63,559 nt of DNA from a virus (Duplodnaviria > Caudoviricetes), in IMG/VR virus record IMGVR_UViG_3300044776_000025, positions 1 through 63,559 of that record; one strand, written 5' to 3'. Position numbers and translations under genes: made by a program. The notes beneath the pieces are model-generated. The model had not been told where the DNA came from. It made no database searches and saw nothing but the letters and a program-made list of their open reading frames with translations. This document shows positions 1-9,323 of the stretch, one piece after another. Each line of letters opens with the position of its first letter. The stretch's first letter is position 1.

Positions 1-335
1 CGTCTGGGAAAGTCCTAGGGCCTGCAGTCGCAGGAAAGGCATTGACGAGTGAGGTTCCAAGGTGGTTTAACCTGACATTTAGGCTGGATGCATTACCAGC
101 ACAGCAGGGGAAGCCTGAGAGACACCTTCTATACCTTGGGAATCATGTGGATCTTGGAGCAGGGAATGCAGTTGGGTTAGGTAATACGCGGACACCTTTA
201 GATGGAGGGGATATCAAGGATGAAAGGGGACAATCAATCAGTATCATTGAGCCAGCGAGTATAGTTAGGGCTATTACACTGATTGATAAAGCTAGTGAGG
301 CGGCGTTAGAGATTATTAAAAAGCGTATAGGATAA
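1..335 (+). CDS. AAA-family (Sak4/AAA_24-like) ATPase, C-terminal part, 5'-truncated by the window
   Basis: Frame is open from base 3 (SGKVLGPAVAGKALTSEVPRWFN), resembling the P-x-x-x-GK...P-x-x-F motif of phage AAA_24 proteins; precedes an SSB-like gene. Confidence 0.55.
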   Translation, partial: SGKVLGPAVAGKALTSEVPRWFNLTFRLDALPAQQGKPERHLLYLGNHVDLGAGNAVGLGNTRTPLDGGDIKDERGQSISIIEPASIVRAITLIDKASEAALEIIKKRIG

Positions 336-348
336 CAAGGAGAAAAGA

Positions 349-918
349 ATGGCAGACATTTCAGCATTGGGTGAGTTAAAGCCGGTTGAACCGTTGGATC
401 TAGAGAATTATGCAGACAATAAGGAGTTTGCAGGAATTCCTAAGGCTGGACGGTATACGGTGCAGGCACCAGATACGTTTCCACCGACTGCGTTCGGCAG
501 AACTAAAGCTGGTTCATTGTCAGCGCAGATTGATCCGAAAGTTGTGGGTCCAACCAACGAAGGTTTCACCCTCCGATTCACCAAGGTCAGTGCAAAGACC
601 TTCAAGCGAAACGGAATCACTGCTAGTCAGTTAGGGGACTATCTGCGGGCAGTGGGGATTCGTGGTAAGTTCACAGATGAGAAGGAGCTAGTTGACGCAG
701 TTGAGCAGACTGCAAATCGTGTGTATCAGGTAGATGTTGATTGGCGCGCATATAATACAAAGACTGGATATTCGTTGGAGGGTATGGAGCGGTTCCCAAG
801 CGATGGGAATGGTGGGCACCTGCCTTGGACGGAAGATCCTAACGCAAAGGATGACGATGGTAATCCAGTGCGGTTGCGTGCAAATCTGATTGTGACACGG
901 TATGTGCCACAGTCATAA
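349..918 (+). CDS. putative single-stranded DNA-binding protein (DUF669-like)
   Basis: AGGAG RBS; follows the AAA ATPase; beta-rich with IPKAGRYTV start typical of phage SSB-like proteins. Confidence 0.45.
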   Translation: MADISALGELKPVEPLDLENYADNKEFAGIPKAGRYTVQAPDTFPPTAFGRTKAGSLSAQIDPKVVGPTNEGFTLRFTKVSAKTFKRNGITASQLGDYLRAVGIRGKFTDEKELVDAVEQTANRVYQVDVDWRAYNTKTGYSLEGMERFPSDGNGGHLPWTEDPNAKDDDGNPVRLRANLIVTRYVPQS

Positions 919-1028
919 GATCCAGCTATACCTAGGAAGGTAGCTGTATCGCTGACGCCCTCGGCGAAACTTGGGCCTCTGGATCTTCGCCGTTCTTCCA
1001 CTACATGACAGAACGGCACCTTTTATTT

Positions 1029-1147
1029 GGCAGAGCGTAAAGGCGTAACTACGATCAATATAACGTACCTGGGAATTCTCGGGCTACTGCTAAAAGCAGT
1101 TATATTGGTACGATAGCCTACTAGGTGGGATTCCTGACCTGCCACCA
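1029..1147 (+). ncRNA. tRNA-like structured RNA ending in ACCA
   Basis: GGCAG/CTGCC terminal stem followed by ACCA; T-arm-like TAGG-TGGGATT-CCTG; long inner stem ATCAATATAAC/GTTATATTGGT closing two small hairpins; intergenic. Confidence 0.5.
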
Positions 1148-1158
1148 TATGGAGATAT

Positions 1159-1716
1159 ATGACAATCATTGAATTAATGATAGAAGTTAGGGACCAATAT
1201 CCAGCAGATTGGACTCATGAGGATCGTGGTAAGTATCTAAATCAGGTCGCATGGGAGATGCAGCAAGTGGGATTCCCAACAATGGGACTCCTTGCTAAGC
1301 CAAGTGGGAATAATTGTCCAAGTCCTACTGGAACATTGTGTTCATGTGACTTTCTAGTCGAGCGTAATACCATGAATGGATATGATGTTCTAGTCAATGA
1401 GACTATCCCATTCTGGCCTGGATTTGACCATCCATCTGATAACTTTGCGGGCAGCCCTGAGCGATGGGTAGCACCTGTTGATCCTGGGTCCACACCGCCA
1501 CAACCACCGGAGCCACCAACCATGCCTGATTTAGAGCCTAGAGTTGCAGCGTTAGAGACACTATTTCAAGAAGTTTTACATCAGATTGGTATTCTGAATC
1601 AACAATTAGCGAACCTTACCACTGATGTCAACAGACCACTTGAAGCTGTTGGAAGAACTGGGAGTGCTCTTGGTCATCGTCATGATGTCCAGGTAGATGT
1701 GCGGAGGAAGAGTTAA
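1159..1716 (+). CDS. hypothetical protein (Cys-containing N-domain, Pro-rich linker, C-terminal coiled coil)
   Basis: GGAG RBS; 185-aa ORF; TAATG coupling to the next gene. Confidence 0.75.
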   Translation: MTIIELMIEVRDQYPADWTHEDRGKYLNQVAWEMQQVGFPTMGLLAKPSGNNCPSPTGTLCSCDFLVERNTMNGYDVLVNETIPFWPGFDHPSDNFAGSPERWVAPVDPGSTPPQPPEPPTMPDLEPRVAALETLFQEVLHQIGILNQQLANLTTDVNRPLEAVGRTGSALGHRHDVQVDVRRKS

Positions 1717-1835
1717 TGGACACCATAGTTATAACCAATTTTGGGTCTATCGCTATTGATGGAATGTCTTTAATAATTGGAGCAATATTGGGTGGCGTAC
1801 TTATGTTTGGAGTTTTCTTTTTGAGGGTGAAGTAA
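1716..1835 (+). CDS. small membrane protein
   Basis: 39-aa ORF MDTIVITNFG...FFLRVK with a hydrophobic stretch; TAATG-coupled on both sides. Confidence 0.55.
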   Translation: MDTIVITNFGSIAIDGMSLIIGAILGGVLMFGVFFLRVK

Positions 1836-1923
1836 TGTGGAAACAATTTGGAATATGGTTGCTAAGAAATGTCATCGAGGATGTGGTTAAGGAAATCCTT
1901 GACACTAAGAAAGATAATGAGTA

Positions 1924-2343
1924 ATGGCAGGATTCCTAACACCACTTGAGCTTGAATATCTTGATGGTCACTTATGGAAAGTGACCTCTCCGTTTGAATA
2001 TTGTATAGGATCGGCTGATAGCACCATTAAAGTGGTGATTCCAACAGGATTCTTTACTGATTTTGCATCGGTCCCAAGGGTTCTGTGGAGTTTATTTCCA
2101 CCTACTGGTGTATATGGTAAAGCAGCAGTAGTCCATGATTGGTTATACCAGACTCCATCTCTAACTGATTATGATTTTAAAGATCCTGCTGAATCCTGGG
2201 ATATAACACGAAAGGAATGTGATGATATCCTAAAGGAAGCAATGGAAGTCCTAACAGTAGGGTTATGGACATGTAGGATGGTTTATAGTGGGGTTAGAAT
2301 GGGTGGATGGAAGCCTTGGAATGAATATAGGTCGAAAGGATAA
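1924..2343 (+). CDS. DUF1353 family protein
   Basis: IPTGFFTDFASVPR and AAVVHDWLY motifs. Confidence 0.85.
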   Translation: MAGFLTPLELEYLDGHLWKVTSPFEYCIGSADSTIKVVIPTGFFTDFASVPRVLWSLFPPTGVYGKAAVVHDWLYQTPSLTDYDFKDPAESWDITRKECDDILKEAMEVLTVGLWTCRMVYSGVRMGGWKPWNEYRSKG

Positions 2344-2344
2344 C

Positions 2345-2614
2345 ATGAGTGAACCAGTCATTACACATGCAACAGCATCTGTGGATGAAATTTTTAATAT
2401 CATATCAGCATTAGAGCCGGTTTTGATGGAAGCTACAACAAATAGGGGACATGCGATTATTGCGTGCTTGTCTATTGCGGTGTCGCTGCAGAATCCTAAT
2501 GTAACTCCTGAGCAGTTGCATGATGCAGTGGATGGAGCTAGTAAGTGGATCTGTTTGTTTTTGAGTGAGCAGGAGCTGGAAGGGGCTGGGATTCCTAAGG
2601 AGAAGTTGAATTAA
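2345..2614 (+). CDS. hypothetical protein
   Basis: AAAGGA RBS before ATG 2345 (MSEPVITH...). Confidence 0.65.
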   Translation: MSEPVITHATASVDEIFNIISALEPVLMEATTNRGHAIIACLSIAVSLQNPNVTPEQLHDAVDGASKWICLFLSEQELEGAGIPKEKLN

Positions 2615-2753
2615 TGTTGACAATGGGGCAGCTATTGGCATCAGTTAGACAGCTTAGGATGAAGATCGCATTGAAGCGTAGGGAATTGACTGACCCTAAG
2701 ACTATTGAATTTGTTGATGAAATAGAGCATGATCTTGAGGCGATGGAGGATTA

Positions 2754-3224
2754 ATGGCTGTTAGTGAAAAATGGGACCGTCGTTTCCTGGAACTTGCAAA
2801 GCATGTATCTACATGGTCAAAAGACCCATCCACAAAGGTTGGAGTGGCTCTTGTTAATGATTTGCAGCAGGTTGTTGGATTGGGGTTTAATGGATTTGCA
2901 AGGGGAATTGCAGATACTGACGAACGGTTGAATGATCGGGAGTTGAAGTATAAACTTGTGGTCCACGCCGAGGTCAATGCGTTATTGCAGGCTGGACATG
3001 CAGCTAGAGGATCGACATTATATATCTATCCATCCTTCATGTTGCCACCTATCTGTCATGACTGTTGCAAGGCTGCGATTCAGGCGGGAGTGAAGGGGAT
3101 TGTAGGATATTATCCTAATGAGAGTGATCCTAGGGTGCAGCGATGGAAGGATTCCATTGCAATTGCTAAAGGAATGTGGGAAGAAGCAGGGAAGTTTACT
3201 AGGGCATATACTGAAGGGCAATAA
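2754..3224 (+). CDS. dCMP deaminase
   Basis: SKDPSTKVG, HAEVNA and PPICHDCCKA zinc-dependent deaminase motifs. Confidence 0.92.
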   Translation: MAVSEKWDRRFLELAKHVSTWSKDPSTKVGVALVNDLQQVVGLGFNGFARGIADTDERLNDRELKYKLVVHAEVNALLQAGHAARGSTLYIYPSFMLPPICHDCCKAAIQAGVKGIVGYYPNESDPRVQRWKDSIAIAKGMWEEAGKFTRAYTEGQ

Positions 3225-3335
3225 TGACTGATATTAATGTAAATACACCGGATATTGTCAAGGGTTGGCTGCTGTTTGTGGCAGTATCGTTTGGATTCGT
3301 TGCTGGTTTCATGTTTGGAGTATTACTAGTGGTGA

Positions 3336-3812
3336 TTGGTGGCTCCTAAACAGAAGCCGGGACGGTCTAAACAGGATTATTGCACTCCTCCAGACTTTCT
3401 GGAAGCTGTCCAAAAGAGATTACAGGAGGAATTCACCTGGGATCTTGCGGCCTCTAAAGAGAATGCTATAGCTGACCATTTCTATACAGAAGAAGATAAT
3501 TCTTTAATTCAGGATTGGTCTGCATTAGCAGGATGGTTATGGTGTAATCCACCATTCGGACACATTGCTCCTTGGGTTGAGAAGGCTGCATGTAACAGTA
3601 ATGATGGTGCAAAGATTGCAATGTTGGTTCCAGCCTCAGTTGGTGCTAATTGGTGGTTAGAATGGGTTGATGATATTGCATATGTGTTATTTTTGAACGG
3701 CAGATTGACATTTAGTGGGGAAACCACCCCATATCCCAAGGATTGTGCTTTATTATTATACACACCCTTCATTCGACGTGGTTACGACATTTGGAGTTGG
3801 AGTGCTAAATAA
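3336..3812 (+). CDS. dam: phage DNA N6-adenine methyltransferase (Dam-like)
   Basis: TPPDF, FTWDLAAS and WCNPPF catalytic motif. Confidence 0.88.
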   Translation: MVAPKQKPGRSKQDYCTPPDFLEAVQKRLQEEFTWDLAASKENAIADHFYTEEDNSLIQDWSALAGWLWCNPPFGHIAPWVEKAACNSNDGAKIAMLVPASVGANWWLEWVDDIAYVLFLNGRLTFSGETTPYPKDCALLLYTPFIRRGYDIWSWSAK

Positions 3813-4212
3813 ACCAGAAAGTAAGCACTGGCGTACAATGCGATGTCGGGCTAGAAAGATTTGGGCTGCTATAAACGGTCCGATCCCTAAAGGCTATGTG
3901 ATCCATCATAGGGACGGTGATTTTACAAACAACGATATATCAAATCTATCTTGCATGACTACAAAGGAGCATGGAATCATACACCATGCCGGACCGGAAT
4001 ATCATATTCCCAGACATAATAGACCTAACCGTAAGAAATACATGCAAGAGTATTATAACACAGCTAGAAAGCAACCAGCTATTTGTGTTATTTGCAAGCA
4101 AACTTTCTTAGCGGATAAGTATAATGAACAGCTTACTTGTTCTCATTCATGTGGAACAAAATTGTTCTGGGTTAAAAGGAAAAATGTCTCTAGCGAAACC
4201 AGATTTTTGTAA
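3802..4212 (+). CDS. HNH endonuclease with C-terminal zinc finger
   Basis: IHHRDGDFTNNDISNL...EH HNH motif; CxxC and CSHSC; start chosen at GTG 3802 after GGAG. Confidence 0.8.
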   Translation: MLNKPESKHWRTMRCRARKIWAAINGPIPKGYVIHHRDGDFTNNDISNLSCMTTKEHGIIHHAGPEYHIPRHNRPNRKKYMQEYYNTARKQPAICVICKQTFLADKYNEQLTCSHSCGTKLFWVKRKNVSSETRFL

Positions 4213-6925
4213 GGGCTGTATAGGATATAGTTGGAGTTGTAAGGAATACGTTCCAGCGTCTGGAACTGGGGATAATGGTGTCTTAGTAATCGCGGAGGCA
4301 GCAGGTGAGCATGAAACGAAAGAGGGTATGCCGCTGGTTGGTAAGGCTGGCTACTACCTTTGGCAGAATCTTGCAAGGGTGGGGATTGAACGTGAAGGAT
4401 TCAGAATTCACAACGTCCTAAGTTGTAGACCACCGAACAATAAACTCGCTAAAGAAAGTTATGAAGAAAACGTTATATCGTATTGTAGTCCTTTGCTTGA
4501 TGGAACTATTACAGATCAACAAGAAAGGTGCCGAAAGAGTGGCAAGCACTTTGTCATTGTTACCCTCGGGCGAATAGCGTTCAAACGCATCATGGGAATT
4601 AATGATAAACATCCCATCATGCGACAGGATTACATAGGATATCCATTCTGGAGTGATCAATATAAGTGTTGGGTCCTAGCAGCGGATCATCCCTCTTATT
4701 TAATGAGGGGGAATAATCATCTTATTCCAGTGTTGCAATTCGTGTTCAAAAGGGCACTTGAAATTGCAGATAATGGCCTAGTACTTGATACACATGAGTA
4801 TTTACTTGATCCAGCTCCTGAGACATTTGCACAGTGGGTTCATGATTATGAGCATGCCTGGACAGAGGACCCAAAGAATATAGTTCTATCCTATGATATT
4901 GAGACTCCATATAAGCAAGGGCTAGGGGAGGACGAACTTGCAAAAGAGGATGGTGAGGATTATAACATCCTTAGATGTTCTTTCGCATATAGACCAAATC
5001 AAGCTGTTAGTGTTCCTTGGCGGGCTGAGTATCGACCATATCTTGAGGAATTATTCTCATCCCCAGGAACTAAGGTTGGTTGGAACTCTAGTGCATATGA
5101 TGATCCTCGTATTATCACCCAGATGCCTATCCACGGAGACCGTATGGATGCAATGCTATGCTGGCACGTCCTCAACTCCGCCCTCGATAAGTCTTTGGGA
5201 TTCGTCACGCCATTTTACGTTCAATCTACCAGTCTCTGGAAGCATCTGAGCGATTCAGAGCCTGCGTTCTACAATGCTAAGGATGCGGACATGGCACTTA
5301 GGAACTTCCTTGGGATTCGCAGGGATCTCATTAAGAACAAGTTATGGGATGTTCTTGATAAGCATGTTGTCCAGTTGAATCGAGTGCTAACTTATATGAG
5401 TGAACGGGGTGTCCTGCTTGATGGTGAGATGCGTCGTGAAGCTGAGACGAAGTTGCAGGATTTACTGGATGTAACTGAGATTTGTATGGAAGCAGCAGTG
5501 CCACAGGCTGCTAGGAAGTTGAAGATCTATAAGAAGCAGCCTAAGGATACAACTGGGATGCATGAGGTTCCTGCTGAGACATTTGTTAAGGCTTGTCTCC
5601 TATGTGGTGAACTTAAACCTAAGAAGAATCATGCAGTTCTATGTAATGGAGAACTTGGAAAGGTTGCATTTCCAACCATTCATTGGGCAAAACCTCTAGA
5701 ATTCAAGGTATCAAAGCTAGGATTAAGTAATTATCAGGCAGTCTTGCGGCATCAGGCAATCGTTGATAGGAAGAAGCAGAAAGTGACGTTTGATGAGTCA
5801 GCACTAATGAAGCTGATGAAAACGTATCCTAATGATCCTCTATATCCTAAGATTTTGGAGCACCGTGAGTATCAGAAACTTTTATCAACCTACATTGGAG
5901 TAACTCAAGATAATGGCACGATTAGAGGCGGAATGCCAGTGGGCAGAGATGGAAGAATTCATACACTTTTTACTCACAACCCGTCTACGCTCAGGCTCGC
6001 AAGTCAGAATCCGAATCTCCAAAACTTGCCACGGCCCAAGGGTTCAGATGACTTGGCGACCATCATTCGCAATCTCATCGTCGCACAAGAAGGTTGTACC
6101 TTCACAGCACGAGATTATAGTGGTATCGAAGCAGTCCTAGTTGGATACTTCGCCTGTGCTCCAAAGTACATCAGATTAGCCAAAATTGATGTGCATAGCT
6201 TCTATACAGCTTATGCCTTGAATTCATTGGATGGTAGAGTGGCAACGGCTGATCTTCCAGATGCTACATGGCCAGATGAGAAGCTTATCCCTCACCTTGC
6301 AGCCATTAAGAAGGAATTCAAGAAGGATAGAAATGAGCTTTACAAACATCTAGTGCATGGTGGGAACTTCGCTCAGACTCCAAAGGGGGCTGCGGAGAAA
6401 ATCTTCAAGGAGACTGGAATTGAGTTTCCAGTTAAGAAGATTGCTCATGTTATGGATGTCTATATGGAGCTGTTTCCTGAGATTCGCAGATGGCATCAGA
6501 CATTACTAGCACAAGCGGAGAAGGATGGGTTCTTGAGGAATCCATTTGGGTATGTTCATAGATTCTATAAGGTTTATAGTTATACAAAGGAATATGGTAA
6601 ATGGATTAGGAAGCCAGGAGAAGATGCCAATAGAGTCATTGCATTCCTCCCTCAATCGACGGCGGCAGGAATCATTAAAGAAGCTCTACTCAGACTATAC
6701 TTTAACAGATTCGACGACGCTGGACAGTATCTCAGGTTACAGGTGCATGATGAAATCTTCTCCGAAGTACCTGAGGCGCTGGTTGATTCAGTTGATGGAA
6801 TTAAGAAGCAAGAAATGGAGAAGCCAATCGTTGCCCTACCTCTTCCAGCGAGTTATGGCATGGGACAATACTTGAGTATTGACACCGAATCCAAACAAGG
6901 GTACCGCTGGGGTACCATGAAATGA
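4184..6925 (+). CDS. polA: family A DNA polymerase with N-terminal family-4 uracil-DNA glycosylase-like domain and 3'-5' exonuclease
   Basis: UDG: CKGC, AEAAG, CRPPNN, HPSYL; Exo: YDIET, WNSSAYD, YNAKDA; Pol: RLASQNPNLQN, DYSGIE, QVHDEI. Confidence 0.93.
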   Translation: MSLAKPDFCKGCIGYSWSCKEYVPASGTGDNGVLVIAEAAGEHETKEGMPLVGKAGYYLWQNLARVGIEREGFRIHNVLSCRPPNNKLAKESYEENVISYCSPLLDGTITDQQERCRKSGKHFVIVTLGRIAFKRIMGINDKHPIMRQDYIGYPFWSDQYKCWVLAADHPSYLMRGNNHLIPVLQFVFKRALEIADNGLVLDTHEYLLDPAPETFAQWVHDYEHAWTEDPKNIVLSYDIETPYKQGLGEDELAKEDGEDYNILRCSFAYRPNQAVSVPWRAEYRPYLEELFSSPGTKVGWNSSAYDDPRIITQMPIHGDRMDAMLCWHVLNSALDKSLGFVTPFYVQSTSLWKHLSDSEPAFYNAKDADMALRNFLGIRRDLIKNKLWDVLDKHVVQLNRVLTYMSERGVLLDGEMRREAETKLQDLLDVTEICMEAAVPQAARKLKIYKKQPKDTTGMHEVPAETFVKACLLCGELKPKKNHAVLCNGELGKVAFPTIHWAKPLEFKVSKLGLSNYQAVLRHQAIVDRKKQKVTFDESALMKLMKTYPNDPLYPKILEHREYQKLLSTYIGVTQDNGTIRGGMPVGRDGRIHTLFTHNPSTLRLASQNPNLQNLPRPKGSDDLATIIRNLIVAQEGCTFTARDYSGIEAVLVGYFACAPKYIRLAKIDVHSFYTAYALNSLDGRVATADLPDATWPDEKLIPHLAAIKKEFKKDRNELYKHLVHGGNFAQTPKGAAEKIFKETGIEFPVKKIAHVMDVYMELFPEIRRWHQTLLAQAEKDGFLRNPFGYVHRFYKVYSYTKEYGKWIRKPGEDANRVIAFLPQSTAAGIIKEALLRLYFNRFDDAGQYLRLQVHDEIFSEVPEALVDSVDGIKKQEMEKPIVALPLPASYGMGQYLSIDTESKQGYRWGTMK

Positions 6926-7281
6926 TCATTGCTGAATGTCACCCAGAACGCCCAGGATTTGCTCGTAATATGTGTAAACCATGTTATCAAAGATGGTGGC
7001 GTAATGTTAGCAAACCAACATATTATGCCGATATGAATGCCAAGATTAAATATGGTTTATTACCTATAGAGAGGGACCAACTCTTGGCTAATGGCATATG
7101 TAATGCTTGTGGAGCCAAACCCAAAAAGACCAAACTACGTAACTTGGTCATAGATCATGATCATACAACCGGCAAAGTTCGCGGTGTATTATGCAGACGT
7201 TGTAACGTTTTATTAGCGGTTTTTGAGAATCCAAAGTGGCGTAATATATTTACTGATTACCTTGAGGGGAGCATGCATTGA
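6922..7281 (+). CDS. recombination endonuclease VII-like protein
   Basis: CNAC...IDHDHTTGKVRGVLCRRCN motif. Confidence 0.88.
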   Translation: MIIAECHPERPGFARNMCKPCYQRWWRNVSKPTYYADMNAKIKYGLLPIERDQLLANGICNACGAKPKKTKLRNLVIDHDHTTGKVRGVLCRRCNVLLAVFENPKWRNIFTDYLEGSMH

Positions 7282-7423
7282 TTAGTATGTCTACGTTTCC
7301 GTATATTGTTGGGATATTAGACTTATGTGCAGCCATTGTTTATGGTATCAATAAGCAATGGGCACTTGCAATGACTTGGTTCTTCTATTGTCTAGCTTGT
7401 TTTGCGCTTGGGAGTGTGAAGTA

Positions 7424-7585
7424 ATGCCATTATATGAATATGTTTGTAACAAGTGTGTGAAGATTGATGAGAAGTTATTCAAAAAGCTTGAGGTTGCCTC
7501 TAAGACAATTAGGTGTACAGATCCTAAGTGTGATGGTAAGATGTTGAGGCAGGCTCCAACCTGCTCATTTGTGATAAGGAAGTAA
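7424..7585 (+). CDS. FmdB-like zinc ribbon protein
   Basis: MPLYEYVCNKC...CTDPKC. Confidence 0.75.
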   Translation: MPLYEYVCNKCVKIDEKLFKKLEVASKTIRCTDPKCDGKMLRQAPTCSFVIRK

Positions 7586-7586
7586 G

Positions 7587-7835
7587 ATGCCATACATCAA
7601 ATCCAGCCTGCGGGCGGGGATGTGTAATTGTGGGCACATAATCCCCATTAATGCAGGTGAACTTAACTATGCCATCACCGATTATTGTATTGGATATGTA
7701 AAGGAGAAGGGACTCTCTTATCAAACCATCAATGATATAATGGGGGCGCTGGAGGGGGCGAAGGCAGAGTTCTACAGGCGGGTGGCGGTCCCCTATGAGG
7801 AAACTAAAATCAAGGAGAATGGAGATGTATATTGA
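7587..7835 (+). CDS. conserved phage hypothetical protein
   Basis: MPYIK...GELNYAIT...EFYRRVAVPYEETKIKENGDVY, a recurrent phage family. Confidence 0.75.
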   Translation: MPYIKSSLRAGMCNCGHIIPINAGELNYAITDYCIGYVKEKGLSYQTINDIMGALEGAKAEFYRRVAVPYEETKIKENGDVY

Positions 7836-8140
7836 AAGTTAGAAAATATGAGGAATTCGTGGCAGCAGGGGCATTTATGCCTATAGATGATGATGCTTAT
7901 AGTGTTATTGGATTGTGCGGCGAAGCTGGAGAGGTAGCAGAATGGGTGAAGAAAGCTCAGTTCAGGGGGAACAAGAAATTCACCGAGGACATGCTAAAAC
8001 TAGAACTAGGCGACGTACTCCACTACGTGACTCGGATGGCATTAAATCACGATTGGACCCTAAAGGAGCTGATGGATGCCAACAGCGAGAAGCTAATGGG
8101 ACGCAAAGATGTTGCATTATCGGTTGCAGCGAATTCGTAA
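7832..8140 (+). CDS. mazG: MazG-like nucleotide pyrophosphohydrolase
   Basis: GLCGEAGEVAEWVKK...ELGDVLHY motif. Confidence 0.85.
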   Translation: MKVRKYEEFVAAGAFMPIDDDAYSVIGLCGEAGEVAEWVKKAQFRGNKKFTEDMLKLELGDVLHYVTRMALNHDWTLKELMDANSEKLMGRKDVALSVAANS

Positions 8141-8195
8141 ATAACCACCACGCCTATTGTGATGGGTGTTGGAATGAAATGGAGGATATGTAGAT

Positions 8196-8633
8196 ATGCA
8201 GGTATATATTGCGGCACCGTGGGTGAATAAGGCAGATGCCTTGATAGCACAAGAGAAGTTTGAGGCAGCAGGAATTGGGGTTACAAGTCATTGGATCAAG
8301 TATCATTCAGATGCAGTGCTTGGTAATCCTAAGGATGACCAGGAACTTGTAAGCCAGGCAGTAGAGGATGTTGAGGATATAATCAAATCTGATGTCTTTG
8401 TCATATTGAATCTTGGTAAGTCTGAGGGGAAGGCCACTGAACTTGGAATTGCATACGCCCTTGGCATGCCAATCATTCTAGTGGGGAACAGAGACATTAA
8501 TATATTCTACTACTTGCCACATGTCTATCGAACAGATAGCGTTGAGAAGGCAATTGAGGGTATCCTAGAGGCTGAAAAGAAACAGGAGGAGCGAGATCTT
8601 GCGGTCACCCCAACGGGAGTCCTTATCAACTAA
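8196..8633 (+). CDS. nucleoside 2-deoxyribosyltransferase-like protein
   Basis: VYIAAP, DVEDIIKSD and GKATELGIAYALG motifs. Confidence 0.82.
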   Translation: MQVYIAAPWVNKADALIAQEKFEAAGIGVTSHWIKYHSDAVLGNPKDDQELVSQAVEDVEDIIKSDVFVILNLGKSEGKATELGIAYALGMPIILVGNRDINIFYYLPHVYRTDSVEKAIEGILEAEKKQEERDLAVTPTGVLIN

Positions 8634-8731
8634 TTGTAAGAAATGTGGTAGACCGTTCCATAAGAATAAGGGGAGGCAATCCTCCCCTGAACTATGTGGA
8701 GCATGTTATATATTAAGTGTAGGGGGTAAGG

Positions 8732-9085
8732 ATGCCAACAGGACAGGAAACTAGGATTGTGGACCCAGTAACTGGAGGGGAAAAGGGTAGTAAATTAGCT
8801 AGGTTTGACCTTGTTCCACCAGAAGCTAGTTGGGCACTGGCAGAGGTCTATGGTAAGGGTAGTCTTAAGTATGCGGAAAGGAATTGGGAAAAGGGGTATA
8901 CTTGGGGATTGTCAGTAGCAGCTCTTGAGCGGCATCTGAATCTGTGGAAGCGGGGGGAACAGATTGATCAGGAAACCGGAGCCTATCATCTAGCTCAGGT
9001 TGCATGGCATGCGTTTGCACTGTTTACTTTTGAGCTTAGGGGACTTGGGTCGGATGATGTTCGACCGAAAGCTCCTCAACTTTAG
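8732..9085 (+). CDS. dATP/dGTP diphosphohydrolase domain protein (DUF5664-like)
   Basis: KLARFDLVPP, GSLKYAERNWEKG, RHL and HLAQVAWH motifs. Confidence 0.85.
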   Translation: MPTGQETRIVDPVTGGEKGSKLARFDLVPPEASWALAEVYGKGSLKYAERNWEKGYTWGLSVAALERHLNLWKRGEQIDQETGAYHLAQVAWHAFALFTFELRGLGSDDVRPKAPQL

Positions 9086-9323
9086 TCACCATTCCATGTG
9101 GAATCTTAGTGGGACGACCCCAAGTAATCGTCCCATTATCATTTACAATGTAATCTGCTACAAGAGTAAGATATAATTTAGTATCGCTCTTTATATATCC
9201 TACCGAGACAACCTCGCACACTGCAGCGGCAAAGTCATCAACTTCTTTATCACTGTACCAACTAGTCTCTCCTGGTGGATCTGATGCATCTACCCACGTT
9301 ACCTTGACTAGCCGTTTGTCCAT
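9036..9323 (-). CDS. conserved phage hypothetical protein
   Basis: LVKVTWVDAS...SVGY...IPHGMV pattern; TAATG-coupled to the protease gene. Confidence 0.7.
   Translation of the reverse strand: MDKRLVKVTWVDASDPPGETSWYSDKEVDDFAAAVCEVVSVGYIKSDTKLYLTLVADYIVNDNGTITWGRPTKIPHGMVTKVEELSVEHHPTQVP

Noticed and set aside
950-972. Hammerhead-ribozyme-like CTGA...GAAAC
   Set aside because: The core reads CTGACGC rather than CTGANGA, and stems I/III with a cleavage triplet cannot be built.
7832-9085. 2-aminoadenine (Z) or 7-deazaguanine genome system
   Set aside because: Pyrophosphohydrolases are present but no PurZ, DpdA or Que genes are recognisable in the window.
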